Below are positions 48,674 through 56,301 of a DNA stretch of 64,000 bases, in pieces. How positions within the stretch are numbered: position 1 is the first letter of the stretch; every line of letters begins with the position of its first letter. The DNA lies in the NCBI GenBank assembly GCA_044368655.1, contig JBIPPB010000001.1:154918-218917 (forward strand), given 5' to 3'. Origin of the DNA: Chitinophagales bacterium (GTDB lineage Bacteria; Bacteroidota; Bacteroidia; Chitinophagales; JADJOU01). A program made the position numbers and the translations under genes. The notes beneath the pieces are model-generated. The model made no database searches, was not told the DNA's origin, and saw nothing but the letters and a program-made list of their open reading frames with translations.

Positions 48674-49441
48674 ATGAAATTCCACAGTATATTTTTTCTT
48701 TTAATAGTTTTGGCTTCTTGTGTAAATTTAAATGATTCATTAGAAGTTGTAGACGGTCTAAAATTAGGTACATCTGTTTCAGATATTAATAGACAAAGTG
48801 ATAGCATTAATCTAAAGAAAACCTATTTAATAACAAATTTTGATCAAAAACTTATTTATGATATTGGTTATCCTATGGATATATGGTATGAAAAAATGTA
48901 CTTTCTTTCAAATGCAGTTAACTTTGATTATGGAAAAATTGTTGGAGTTTACGAAGTTTTTGGAGATAAAAATTATATTACTTCTATAGAATTACTTATT
49001 GGCAATACAACAAAATTAAAAGAAAATCTACTTTATTTTGACAATTCTGTAAATATTGGATCACTTGATAAAATTAAAGCGGAATTAGAAAAAAAATATG
49101 GTAAAGCAAAAAATTTAAACAGCTTTAAGATCCCATTTATTTATAATAATGAATATAAAAATGTACTTAATTTTAAAGAAGGAGAATGGATTAAATATCT
49201 AAAAGACGAAACAAGGAAAAATGAAACGATTCTTCCTATAGGATATGAATGGTCAACTAAAAAGATGAATATTTACTTGTGTTATGGGATAAAGAGCTAT
49301 TATACAGTTTATACCAAAGGAGGAGATTTCATAAATTTTCAAATGTTGTCCTCGGTTGACACTTCAGGATTAGAATATACATTTAGATATTCATATTTAA
49401 GATATGAAATAAAAGAGGAGGCAAAAGTGAAGAAATTTTAA
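48674..49441 (+). CDS. Hypothetical lipoprotein
   Basis: Lipobox VLASC. No recognised domain. Confidence 0.5.
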   Translation: MKFHSIFFLLIVLASCVNLNDSLEVVDGLKLGTSVSDINRQSDSINLKKTYLITNFDQKLIYDIGYPMDIWYEKMYFLSNAVNFDYGKIVGVYEVFGDKNYITSIELLIGNTTKLKENLLYFDNSVNIGSLDKIKAELEKKYGKAKNLNSFKIPFIYNNEYKNVLNFKEGEWIKYLKDETRKNETILPIGYEWSTKKMNIYLCYGIKSYYTVYTKGGDFINFQMLSSVDTSGLEYTFRYSYLRYEIKEEAKVKKF

Positions 49442-49668
49442 GTTAAAACTATAAATAATAATAAAAAATAGAATAACCATTGCTATATTTGTAATAAAAT
49501 AGGATATTGTAAGTTTGTAGTTTGAGGAGTTTTAAAAATCTATATAATTTAGTTGGATTTTTGGTTTTATTTATAACAAATATTTTAAATTTATATAATC
49601 AATTATAATTCTTTAAATGCATGAAAAAAATATTCTAACTTTAGTAAAATAAATTCAAAAGAAATACT

Positions 49669-50274
49669 ATGAATAGTTTTTTGTTAATAAATGTATTTAT
49701 CATCTCAATGTTTTTTTTAGTTGGATGTAATAAAAATATTGATGACCAATATTTACAAGAAGGAAATAATGAATATATTGAAAATGAAGACAATAGTTTA
49801 GAAAAAAACAGCTACAGAGATGGAACTTATTGTGGTGAAGTAGAGTATTATAATCCTACTACAGGAACAAGAAAAATATACGACTTAAATGTAGAAGTTG
49901 AAAACGGATTATTGACAATAATTCATTGGCCAAATAATGGCTGGCTAGATAATACCCATTTTTCTCCAAAGGATATAAATGATGGGGAATGCGAGTTTAT
50001 TTCTGACAAAGGCTGTCGTTATAAAGTCGTTTTAGGTGAAACTGGAGGATGTAGTTTTACTGATGAGTTTAAAATAAGAAGAGATGTAAATAATCATATA
50101 GAAACTGCAATTTGTCTTAGATGCGGAGACGACAATAAAGAGTCTTATGAGGATTATTGTTATTCTTGTAAAAAAAAAATTGAAGATGAGGAAGAAAACA
50201 CTTGTTCTAAATGTGGCAATTTTGAATATGGTGTATATGGAGAATTATGTACTTCTTGTAAAGGTGAAGAATAA
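49669..50274 (+). CDS. Hypothetical lipoprotein with a C-terminal four-CxxC (double zinc-ribbon-like) tail
   Basis: Lipobox LVGC. Conserved-looking core DGTYCGEVEYYNPTTGTRKIYDLNVEVENGLLTIIHWPNNGWLD. C-terminal CLRCG, CYSCK, CSKCG and CTSCK. Confidence 0.55.
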   Translation: MNSFLLINVFIISMFFLVGCNKNIDDQYLQEGNNEYIENEDNSLEKNSYRDGTYCGEVEYYNPTTGTRKIYDLNVEVENGLLTIIHWPNNGWLDNTHFSPKDINDGECEFISDKGCRYKVVLGETGGCSFTDEFKIRRDVNNHIETAICLRCGDDNKESYEDYCYSCKKKIEDEEENTCSKCGNFEYGVYGELCTSCKGEE

Positions 50275-50407
50275 ACAAGCTAAATCATACTCCTCATAAA
50301 ATATTATTAACCAATCATCTTGCTTTTGTTATAGATACGTTCGATTTTTACTAAAGCCTTTTGAGTAGATTGTTTTCACGTTCGCTTAAAAAGAGTCACT
50401 ATTTTGT

Positions 50408-50440
50408 TTTGTATTTTTTATATAATTTTACATAACTTTG
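50408..50440 (+). promoter_or_regulatory. Canonical Bacteroidota promoter TTTG-N21-TAACTTTG upstream of the Fic gene
   Basis: -33 TTTG at 50408-50411 and -7 TAACTTTG at 50433-50440, 31 nt before the ATG at 50472. Confidence 0.5.
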
Positions 50441-50471
50441 TGTATTGGAATTATTGAGCAACTAAAAGAAT

Positions 50472-51293
50472 ATGAAGGATATCGATCAGCTAATCACGCA
50501 GTACCGCACAGCAATGTGTCGGGTAGATGCATTACAGCATCAATTCTTTAACGAAATGGCGGTGGTATATCATTCGAATGCTATCGAAAATAGTACCCTC
50601 ACGCTCGATGAAACCATTCTATTGCTTGAGCATCGATTATCGCCCAATGGTAAGCCGCTCGCAGATATTTTTATGGCAGAAGACCACTATCAAGCCTTGA
50701 AGTTCATTTTGGAAATGGCGTATAATAAGCGTGCGCTAAGCCACGAATCCATAAAAGAAGTCGCTTCAAAACTAATGAAAAATACAGGAGGCGTCGTCGA
50801 GAGCATATCCGGAAGTTTTGATGTATCAAAGGGCGAATACCGAAAAGTTTTAGTCCGAGCTGGGCAAAGTGTTTTTCCCGACCCCAATAAAGTGCCTTTA
50901 CTCATGGAAGAATTCATTCATAGTATCAATGCATCGATGGATAAGGTTAAAAGTCCCATTGAGATTTATAATTTATCTTTTGATGCGCATTTTCAGGCGG
51001 TGTCCATTCATCCTTTTGGAGATGGCAATGGACGATTTTCTAGATTAATAATGAATTATATTCAAGCCTATCATCAAATGCCTCTTGTGTATATGGATCA
51101 AACAGACAAACAAAGGTATTTTGATACATTGGTTCAATCAAGAGCGAGTCAAAATATTGATTTATTCAGAACATATATGCTTGAATTGACGGTAAAATCG
51201 ATAGAAGAACAAATTGCATTTTATAATAAAAAATCATTCCATGCGTCGCCAAAAAATGACGAAAATGGTAAATTTCTGAGTTTGCTTTTTTAA
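50472..51293 (+). CDS. Fic-domain protein (class II, with N-terminal auto-inhibitory helix)
   Basis: Active-site motif HPFGDGNGRFSR (HxFx[DE]GNGRxxR). The inhibitory motif SNAIEN ([ST]xxxE[GN]) lies N-terminal in the same polypeptide. Confidence 0.88.
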   Translation: MKDIDQLITQYRTAMCRVDALQHQFFNEMAVVYHSNAIENSTLTLDETILLLEHRLSPNGKPLADIFMAEDHYQALKFILEMAYNKRALSHESIKEVASKLMKNTGGVVESISGSFDVSKGEYRKVLVRAGQSVFPDPNKVPLLMEEFIHSINASMDKVKSPIEIYNLSFDAHFQAVSIHPFGDGNGRFSRLIMNYIQAYHQMPLVYMDQTDKQRYFDTLVQSRASQNIDLFRTYMLELTVKSIEEQIAFYNKKSFHASPKNDENGKFLSLLF

Positions 51294-51326
51294 ATTATAC
51301 CAATTTTATATTATTTATGAAGTAAA

Positions 51327-51540
51327 TTAAATCCAATTAGTGCCTTAATCTAAGAATTTCTAATAACCTAATGCGTAATTTGAGTTAAACCCAAATTACG
51401 CATTAGAAAATGATTAATCGTATAATGTCTTGTAATTCAATTAATTTAACATTAATTGAAACAATCCATTTACGGGGTTAAACCCAACTAACGCCTTATT
51501 TTATTACTTCGTAATAATCTAATACGTAATTTGGGTTAAA
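51327..51540. repeat. Cluster of five copies of a ~22-bp motif (TTWAAYCCAAATTACGYATTAG-like) plus an unrelated hairpin, forming three consecutive stem-loops
   Basis: Copies at 51327-51348 (+, diverged), 51368-51388 (-), 51385-51406 (+), 51478-51499 (+, diverged) and 51519-51540 (-). Hairpins: 51368-51406 (15-bp perfect arms), 51436-51460 (10-bp perfect arms TTCAATTAAT/ATTAATTGAA) and 51478-51540 (long, imperfect). Confidence 0.75.
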
Positions 51541-52850
51541 TATGCTCCAATTTTTGTGCAATGATAATATGGAATATTATGAAGTATAAATGGTTTTTTT
51601 GTAAGTGTTTGGGAGGATTCTTTGGAGTATGGGCTTGCAGAAAGACGAATAGCTATAGGAGTGGCGGTATCGTCAATATATTGAAGCAGGGAGCGGAGCC
51701 GTCCGGTTTTTCCAGACTTTACTTCTATAGGATATACGGTATGGTTTGCTACAAATAAGTTGTCGATTTCGGCATTTGAATTATCGCGTTCTCGTACCCA
51801 AAAATAGGGTTTGTAGTGCAGCGAACCTTCAGTAGCTATAAGTTCTTGCGACACAATATGCTGTGCAATTTTGCCACGCATCATATCGCTAAGGTCGTGC
51901 ATTTGGATCATTTCGGCTTGCACATTGAGTAAATATAGTAAAAGCCCTGTATCTAAAAACTGCAATCGAGGACTTCGTTTGAGGTCAGGGATTATTGGAT
52001 AGCCCAGCTGTGTGGTAGGATGCACCACTTGAATAATTTTGGATCGATCTAGCGCCGAAAATGCTTCCGATACCTCTCTGGATTTATATGAAGATTTTCC
52101 AAAATTTTGATATTTGATTCGGTCTTTTTCCAGATGGGCATAACTCAAAATATGTTGAATCACTTTACGTTCGGTATCATTTTTGGCATATTTTGGAATA
52201 TCGTCACGGTAGCCTTGCCATAGATCTCCGTATATGGTAGATAGGCTTTGCATGTCTTTGGTATCTAAATAGTGCGCAATTACTTCGGGCATCCCACCAA
52301 TCATTGTGTATAGGTGAAATTGTTCTAGCAAAAGAGTGTGTGCAATATCAGAAACAGGCACTTCTTGGAAATAGGGTATCAGATGTGGTTGTGAGGCCTC
52401 TAAAAATTCCTCAAAATTAATTGGAAACAACGCCATTTGATGTACGCGCCCAACGGGAAAGGATTTAATATTTTTGAGTACAAATTCGAGCAATGAACCT
52501 GCTGCAATGACATCTAAATATGGGAAATCTTCATAAAAAAATCGTAACATCGTTATTGCTTTTTCAGATTCTTGAATTTCGTCAATAAAAAGGAGTGTTG
52601 GTTTTTGGGTAGTATATCCGTTTTTGAGTAGCAGGAATGCGACAAGTTTATCTATAGGCATGGTATCGAAAAGTATGCGCTCTTCTTCCCTCTCTAGATT
52701 GAGTAGTATTTTTTGTTCATAGGTATTTGAAAAATGGAGTACAAGGTTGGTTTTACCAACTTGCCGTGCCCCTCGGATTATCATCGGTTTTTTTCGAATA
52801 TCTTGTTTCCAAGCTTCTAATTTTTTTGTAGCACTTCTAAAAATATACAT
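51519..52850 (-). CDS. AAA+ ATPase with C-terminal DUF4143 / PD-(D/E)xK-like domain (COG1373-type)
   Basis: Walker A GARQVGKT, Walker B LLFIDEIQ, and a C-terminal EID-x12-EVK nuclease-like motif. I prefer the ATG at 52850 (tracked 52910 is TTG and reads through non-coding repeats). Confidence 0.85.
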   Translation of the reverse strand: MYIFRSATKKLEAWKQDIRKKPMIIRGARQVGKTNLVLHFSNTYEQKILLNLEREEERILFDTMPIDKLVAFLLLKNGYTTQKPTLLFIDEIQESEKAITMLRFFYEDFPYLDVIAAGSLLEFVLKNIKSFPVGRVHQMALFPINFEEFLEASQPHLIPYFQEVPVSDIAHTLLLEQFHLYTMIGGMPEVIAHYLDTKDMQSLSTIYGDLWQGYRDDIPKYAKNDTERKVIQHILSYAHLEKDRIKYQNFGKSSYKSREVSEAFSALDRSKIIQVVHPTTQLGYPIIPDLKRSPRLQFLDTGLLLYLLNVQAEMIQMHDLSDMMRGKIAQHIVSQELIATEGSLHYKPYFWVRERDNSNAEIDNLFVANHTVYPIEVKSGKTGRLRSLLQYIDDTATPIAIRLSASPYSKESSQTLTKKPFILHNIPYYHCTKIGAYLTQITY

Positions 52851-52867
52851 TAGGTTGATTTTGAATA

Positions 52868-52875
52868 CAAAAATA
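52868..52875 (-). promoter_or_regulatory. -7-type promoter box (TATTTTTG on the minus strand) for the ATPase gene
   Basis: The reverse complement of CAAAAATA matches TAnnTTTG, 17 nt before the ATG at 52850, directly abutting the repeat array. Confidence 0.4.
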
Positions 52876-52880
52876 CAGTT

Positions 52881-52970
52881 TTTGTAACAAAACGAACCAT
52901 AAATATTCAAAAATTTGTAACAAAACGAACCATAAAATTTGAATTATTTGTAACAAAACGAACCATAAAT
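52881..52970. repeat. Three perfect 23-bp direct repeats (TTTGTAACAAAACGAACCATAAA) on a 33-bp register; iteron/operator-like array
   Basis: Copies start at 52881, 52914 and 52947 with zero mismatches. The ~10-bp spacers differ. Confidence 0.9.
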
Positions 52971-53009
52971 AGAAATGAGAGTTCGTATTATAAATTCAAA
53001 ATAGGTATC

Positions 53010-53618
53010 TCAACAAACTTTAAATTCAAAAAGGGGTTGATTTTCAATAAAGCCTTTGTAGGATTCACCGATGGAAACCTTACCGACGCCTTTTGGGGTT
53101 CCGGTAAAGATTAAATCACCTTTTTGTAGGGTAAAATATTCGGAAATATAGCTAATAATTTGTGCTGAAGAATGTATCATTTCTTTGGTGTTTCCATTTT
53201 GAACTTCGGTTTCATTTTTTAATAAAGAAAATGAAAGGTTATCCAAATCCAGCGAATCTAAGGGTATAAATTGTCCAACGATTGCCGAATGATCAAACGC
53301 TTTTGCTATTTCCCATGGCAGTCCTTTTGATTTTAAATTTTCTTGAAGGTCGCGCGCTGTGAAATCAATTCCAACCGTAATTGCGTCTACATATTGAAGT
53401 GCAAATTTTGGTTGAATATGTTTTCCATTTTTACCAATTTTCAAAACCAATTCGCACTCATAATGCATGTTTTGGCTAAATTCGGGCAAAAACCATCGCG
53501 CTCCATTTGGATTTATCGCTGTGTTTGGTTTCATAAATAAAACAGGCGCTTCGGGCGTTTCATTTTTCAGCTCAGCAATATGTTCGGAATAATTTCGGCC
53601 GATACAAAATATTTTCAT
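53010..53618 (-). CDS. Fumarylacetoacetate hydrolase (FAH) family protein
   Basis: MKIFCIGRNYSEHIAEL N-terminus, metal-ligand pattern YECELV, and C-terminal GDLIFTGTPKGVG. Confidence 0.85.
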   Translation of the reverse strand: MKIFCIGRNYSEHIAELKNETPEAPVLFMKPNTAINPNGARWFLPEFSQNMHYECELVLKIGKNGKHIQPKFALQYVDAITVGIDFTARDLQENLKSKGLPWEIAKAFDHSAIVGQFIPLDSLDLDNLSFSLLKNETEVQNGNTKEMIHSSAQIISYISEYFTLQKGDLIFTGTPKGVGKVSIGESYKGFIENQPLFEFKVC

Positions 53619-53638
53619 TGAATTAAATTTAGATGGAT

Positions 53639-54052
53639 TTATAAAAAAATGACTTCGTGCGTAATCCTAGAAGATTTGCTCAACATGGCATGAACGCCAC
53701 AATAGGTTGTTATGGACATTTCAATTGCTTCATGGAATTTTTCTTGAAAATCAGGATCTAACTTTACGGTATAAACCAAATGAATGGTATCGTAAATTCT
53801 TGGATGTATATCGGTGAGCGAAGCTTTGGCAGAAACTTTAAAGGATTCAAGGGGCATTTTAAATTTTCGATGCATAATTGAAGCCACGTCCATTCCGGTG
53901 CAACCAGTAAGTGCCGTGAGCAATAGCTTTTTAGGCCCAACGCCTCGATGTTGATTGCCCATAGTCGTATTATCTAACGCTAAGGATTGTTCGTCTATTT
54001 TAGATTGAAAATAAAGGTCTTGTATCCATTCGGTTTCTACAAAATTTGCCAT
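53639..54052 (-). CDS. OsmC-family peroxiredoxin-like protein
   Basis: 137 aa with the two conserved Cys contexts LTGCTGMD and YCGVH. Confidence 0.75.
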   Translation of the reverse strand: MANFVETEWIQDLYFQSKIDEQSLALDNTTMGNQHRGVGPKKLLLTALTGCTGMDVASIMHRKFKMPLESFKVSAKASLTDIHPRIYDTIHLVYTVKLDPDFQEKFHEAIEMSITTYCGVHAMLSKSSRITHEVIFL

Positions 54053-54098
54053 GGTTATTATAATTTATACAAAAATATTTGATTTGATTTTAAAAAGT

Positions 54099-55520
54099 TT
54101 ATTTAATATCCAATTGAAATAAAAAATCTTTAAAAATATTTTTTTGGCTTGGAAGTGGCGCTTTTTGAATATTATTTCCACTATAATCAATTAAAAATGC
54201 TTGTGGGAGATTTTGAATTCGATATTTTTGAGCCATTTCGCTTTCGATACCTCCAGGATATGCAATGCCATGAACAATATTGTCTTGAGGCAAATTGCGC
54301 ATTGTTTTTTTCCATTGTGTTAACTGATTGTCTAAAGAAATAAAGAAAAGTTGTAATGGATGTTCGGGAAATTCGGATTTCCATTTTTGCAGCGCTTTTA
54401 TTTCTTCCATACAGCTTTCGCACCACGAAGCCCAAAAATATACATACATCATTTTACCACGAAAGGAATAGCTATGCATCGGTGTTTGGTTGATATCTTG
54501 CCAAAACATAGGTGGGTTGATTGCGTTTTTTTCATATTGAGCCATTTGTACGAGTTTGTTTTTTATGGCTGATTTTTGTTCGGTATTACGTAATTTTTCT
54601 GTAAAATAATAAATTTCATCTTTCAAATCTTGAGGTTTTCGAAACCATTTTAAATATTCATAAATGGTACCTTCGAGCAAGGCGTCTTGAATAAATGCAA
54701 TGGGATAATTTTTGGCTAGCTCAAACATTTTTTTATAAAAATAATGATGCTCGAATTGAAAAGTGGCGTCCTGGCTTGTATTTTGGACCGTTTGATATCG
54801 AAGGACTTTTTGGTGTAGCTTTACAAAATTAGGCGTAACCATTGTTGATGCATTGTGAGGCATCTGTTGAAATGCGTTGATCATTTCTTGGTACGATAAA
54901 TAAAAGGAATCCGAATGTTTAGAGCTATACAGCGGATAATCAATGATTTTTATCAATGCATTTGAAAAAAGGTATTCTTGATTAAAATAGTTTTTAAACG
55001 TTTCGGATAAATATGGATAATATAAACTTTCTTCAAACATTTGTTTTAAAATGGCTTTTTCAAATTCAATTTTAGAAACAAAATCCGAATAACTTAATGT
55101 TTTAGCCCAATTTTTAATGGAATCTTCATTAAATAAAATTTCGCGTTCTCGATTTATAAAAGCATGATCTTCGTTATTTATGGATTGTGTTATTAATGAA
55201 GATTTTATATCAGGGAAATTAATATCTAAGATGATGGTGGAATTTGGTATCGCAAAAACGTGGAACGTTTCATTTTTATACGCAATTTTGATTTCGGTAG
55301 GTTGAGTAACGGGAATACGAATTTCAAAAACGCCTTGATGCGGAAAAACCTCTTTTTTGGTACTTAAAATGGTCGGCGCTACAATTGGTTCGAAAATCAA
55401 AGCTTTGAGCGGCGCATCATCTTTGATGGTACCTCGAATGATAATATTTTGAGCTAAAGCGGTTTTTGCAAATATGATCAAGCCAAATAAGCAAATCCAG
55501 TAATATATTTTTGTTTTCAT
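54099..55520 (-). CDS. Exported TlpA-like thiol:disulfide oxidoreductase with a long N-terminal domain
   Basis: Signal peptide ALA|QN. C-terminal thioredoxin fold with YFWASWCESC (WCxxC). Confidence 0.75.
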   Translation of the reverse strand: MKTKIYYWICLFGLIIFAKTALAQNIIIRGTIKDDAPLKALIFEPIVAPTILSTKKEVFPHQGVFEIRIPVTQPTEIKIAYKNETFHVFAIPNSTIILDINFPDIKSSLITQSINNEDHAFINREREILFNEDSIKNWAKTLSYSDFVSKIEFEKAILKQMFEESLYYPYLSETFKNYFNQEYLFSNALIKIIDYPLYSSKHSDSFYLSYQEMINAFQQMPHNASTMVTPNFVKLHQKVLRYQTVQNTSQDATFQFEHHYFYKKMFELAKNYPIAFIQDALLEGTIYEYLKWFRKPQDLKDEIYYFTEKLRNTEQKSAIKNKLVQMAQYEKNAINPPMFWQDINQTPMHSYSFRGKMMYVYFWASWCESCMEEIKALQKWKSEFPEHPLQLFFISLDNQLTQWKKTMRNLPQDNIVHGIAYPGGIESEMAQKYRIQNLPQAFLIDYSGNNIQKAPLPSQKNIFKDFLFQLDIK

Positions 55521-55531
55521 TGGGCTAGATT

Positions 55532-56299
55532 TTATGATTCCATAGTATTATTTTCTTGATTAAGCGAAATCCAGAATTGGTTAATTTTGTCAGATAAAAC
55601 AATATTAATTTTTTGCTCTTGAACCAATTCTAAAATAGCCAAAAAGTAATAAATCGCATGAATTTTTGATTGAATGGTTTCAAAAAGTGTGGCAAAGTCT
55701 AATTTTTTTGCGTTTTGTATTCGTTTTAGAATATTACTTTTTTCAATAGAAATGTCATAAAAAATCGTTTTTATTTGATGAATATCTACTTTTTCGGCAT
55801 TATATTTTTGTTGAAGTAAAACTTGAAATGTTCGCATTAGTTTTGAAATCGATACATTTTCCATTTCAAAATCAGTCTGATATAATTTGGCAATCGATTC
55901 TATTTCTTCAATGGCACTGGTTCGGGCAACATGCTGAATTTGCTCGGATTCAAGCTCCATAAGCGTTTGACTCAATTCTTTAAATTGTTTATAATCTAAG
56001 ATTTTTTGTACCAATTCTTGTCTCGGGTCTAATTCATTGCCTTCATCATCAAGTATTTTTCTTGGCAAAAGCATTTGAGCTTTAATTTTCATTAACGTAG
56101 CCGCTACCAATATAAATTCGCTTGCCAATTCCATATTCATCTCTTGCATTTTGTGCATATAATCCAAAAAATTCTCTGTGATTTGTGCAATAGGAATATC
56201 GTAAATATCTAATTCATCTCTTTGAATAAAAAACAAAAGTAAATCAAAAGGTCCTTTAAAATGGGGTAAAGAAATTTCAAAAGAGGTATTTGGCTCCAT
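55532..56299 (-). CDS. scpA: Segregation and condensation protein A
   Basis: N-terminal FKGPFDLLLFFIQRDELDIYDIPIAQIT, characteristic of ScpA. Confidence 0.85.
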   Translation of the reverse strand: MEPNTSFEISLPHFKGPFDLLLFFIQRDELDIYDIPIAQITENFLDYMHKMQEMNMELASEFILVAATLMKIKAQMLLPRKILDDEGNELDPRQELVQKILDYKQFKELSQTLMELESEQIQHVARTSAIEEIESIAKLYQTDFEMENVSISKLMRTFQVLLQQKYNAEKVDIHQIKTIFYDISIEKSNILKRIQNAKKLDFATLFETIQSKIHAIYYFLAILELVQEQKINIVLSDKINQFWISLNQENNTMES

Positions 56300-56301
56300 A
56301 A

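Noticed and set aside
52881-52970. The repeat array considered as a Tn7-like or other transposon end, because multiple ~22-bp transposase-binding sites containing TGT...ACAAAA resemble TnsB sites.
   Set aside because: The window holds no transposase, TnsABC or integrase genes. By eye I found no inverted partner array, only weak GGTTCGT-containing matches at about 45327 and 52982. The idea is kept only as something a genome-wide search could revisit.
52881-52979. The 23-bp x3 repeat array considered as a mini-CRISPR array.
   Set aside because: The spacers are only ~10 bp, there are only three repeats, the repeat has no CRISPR-like internal palindrome, and there are no cas genes in the window.
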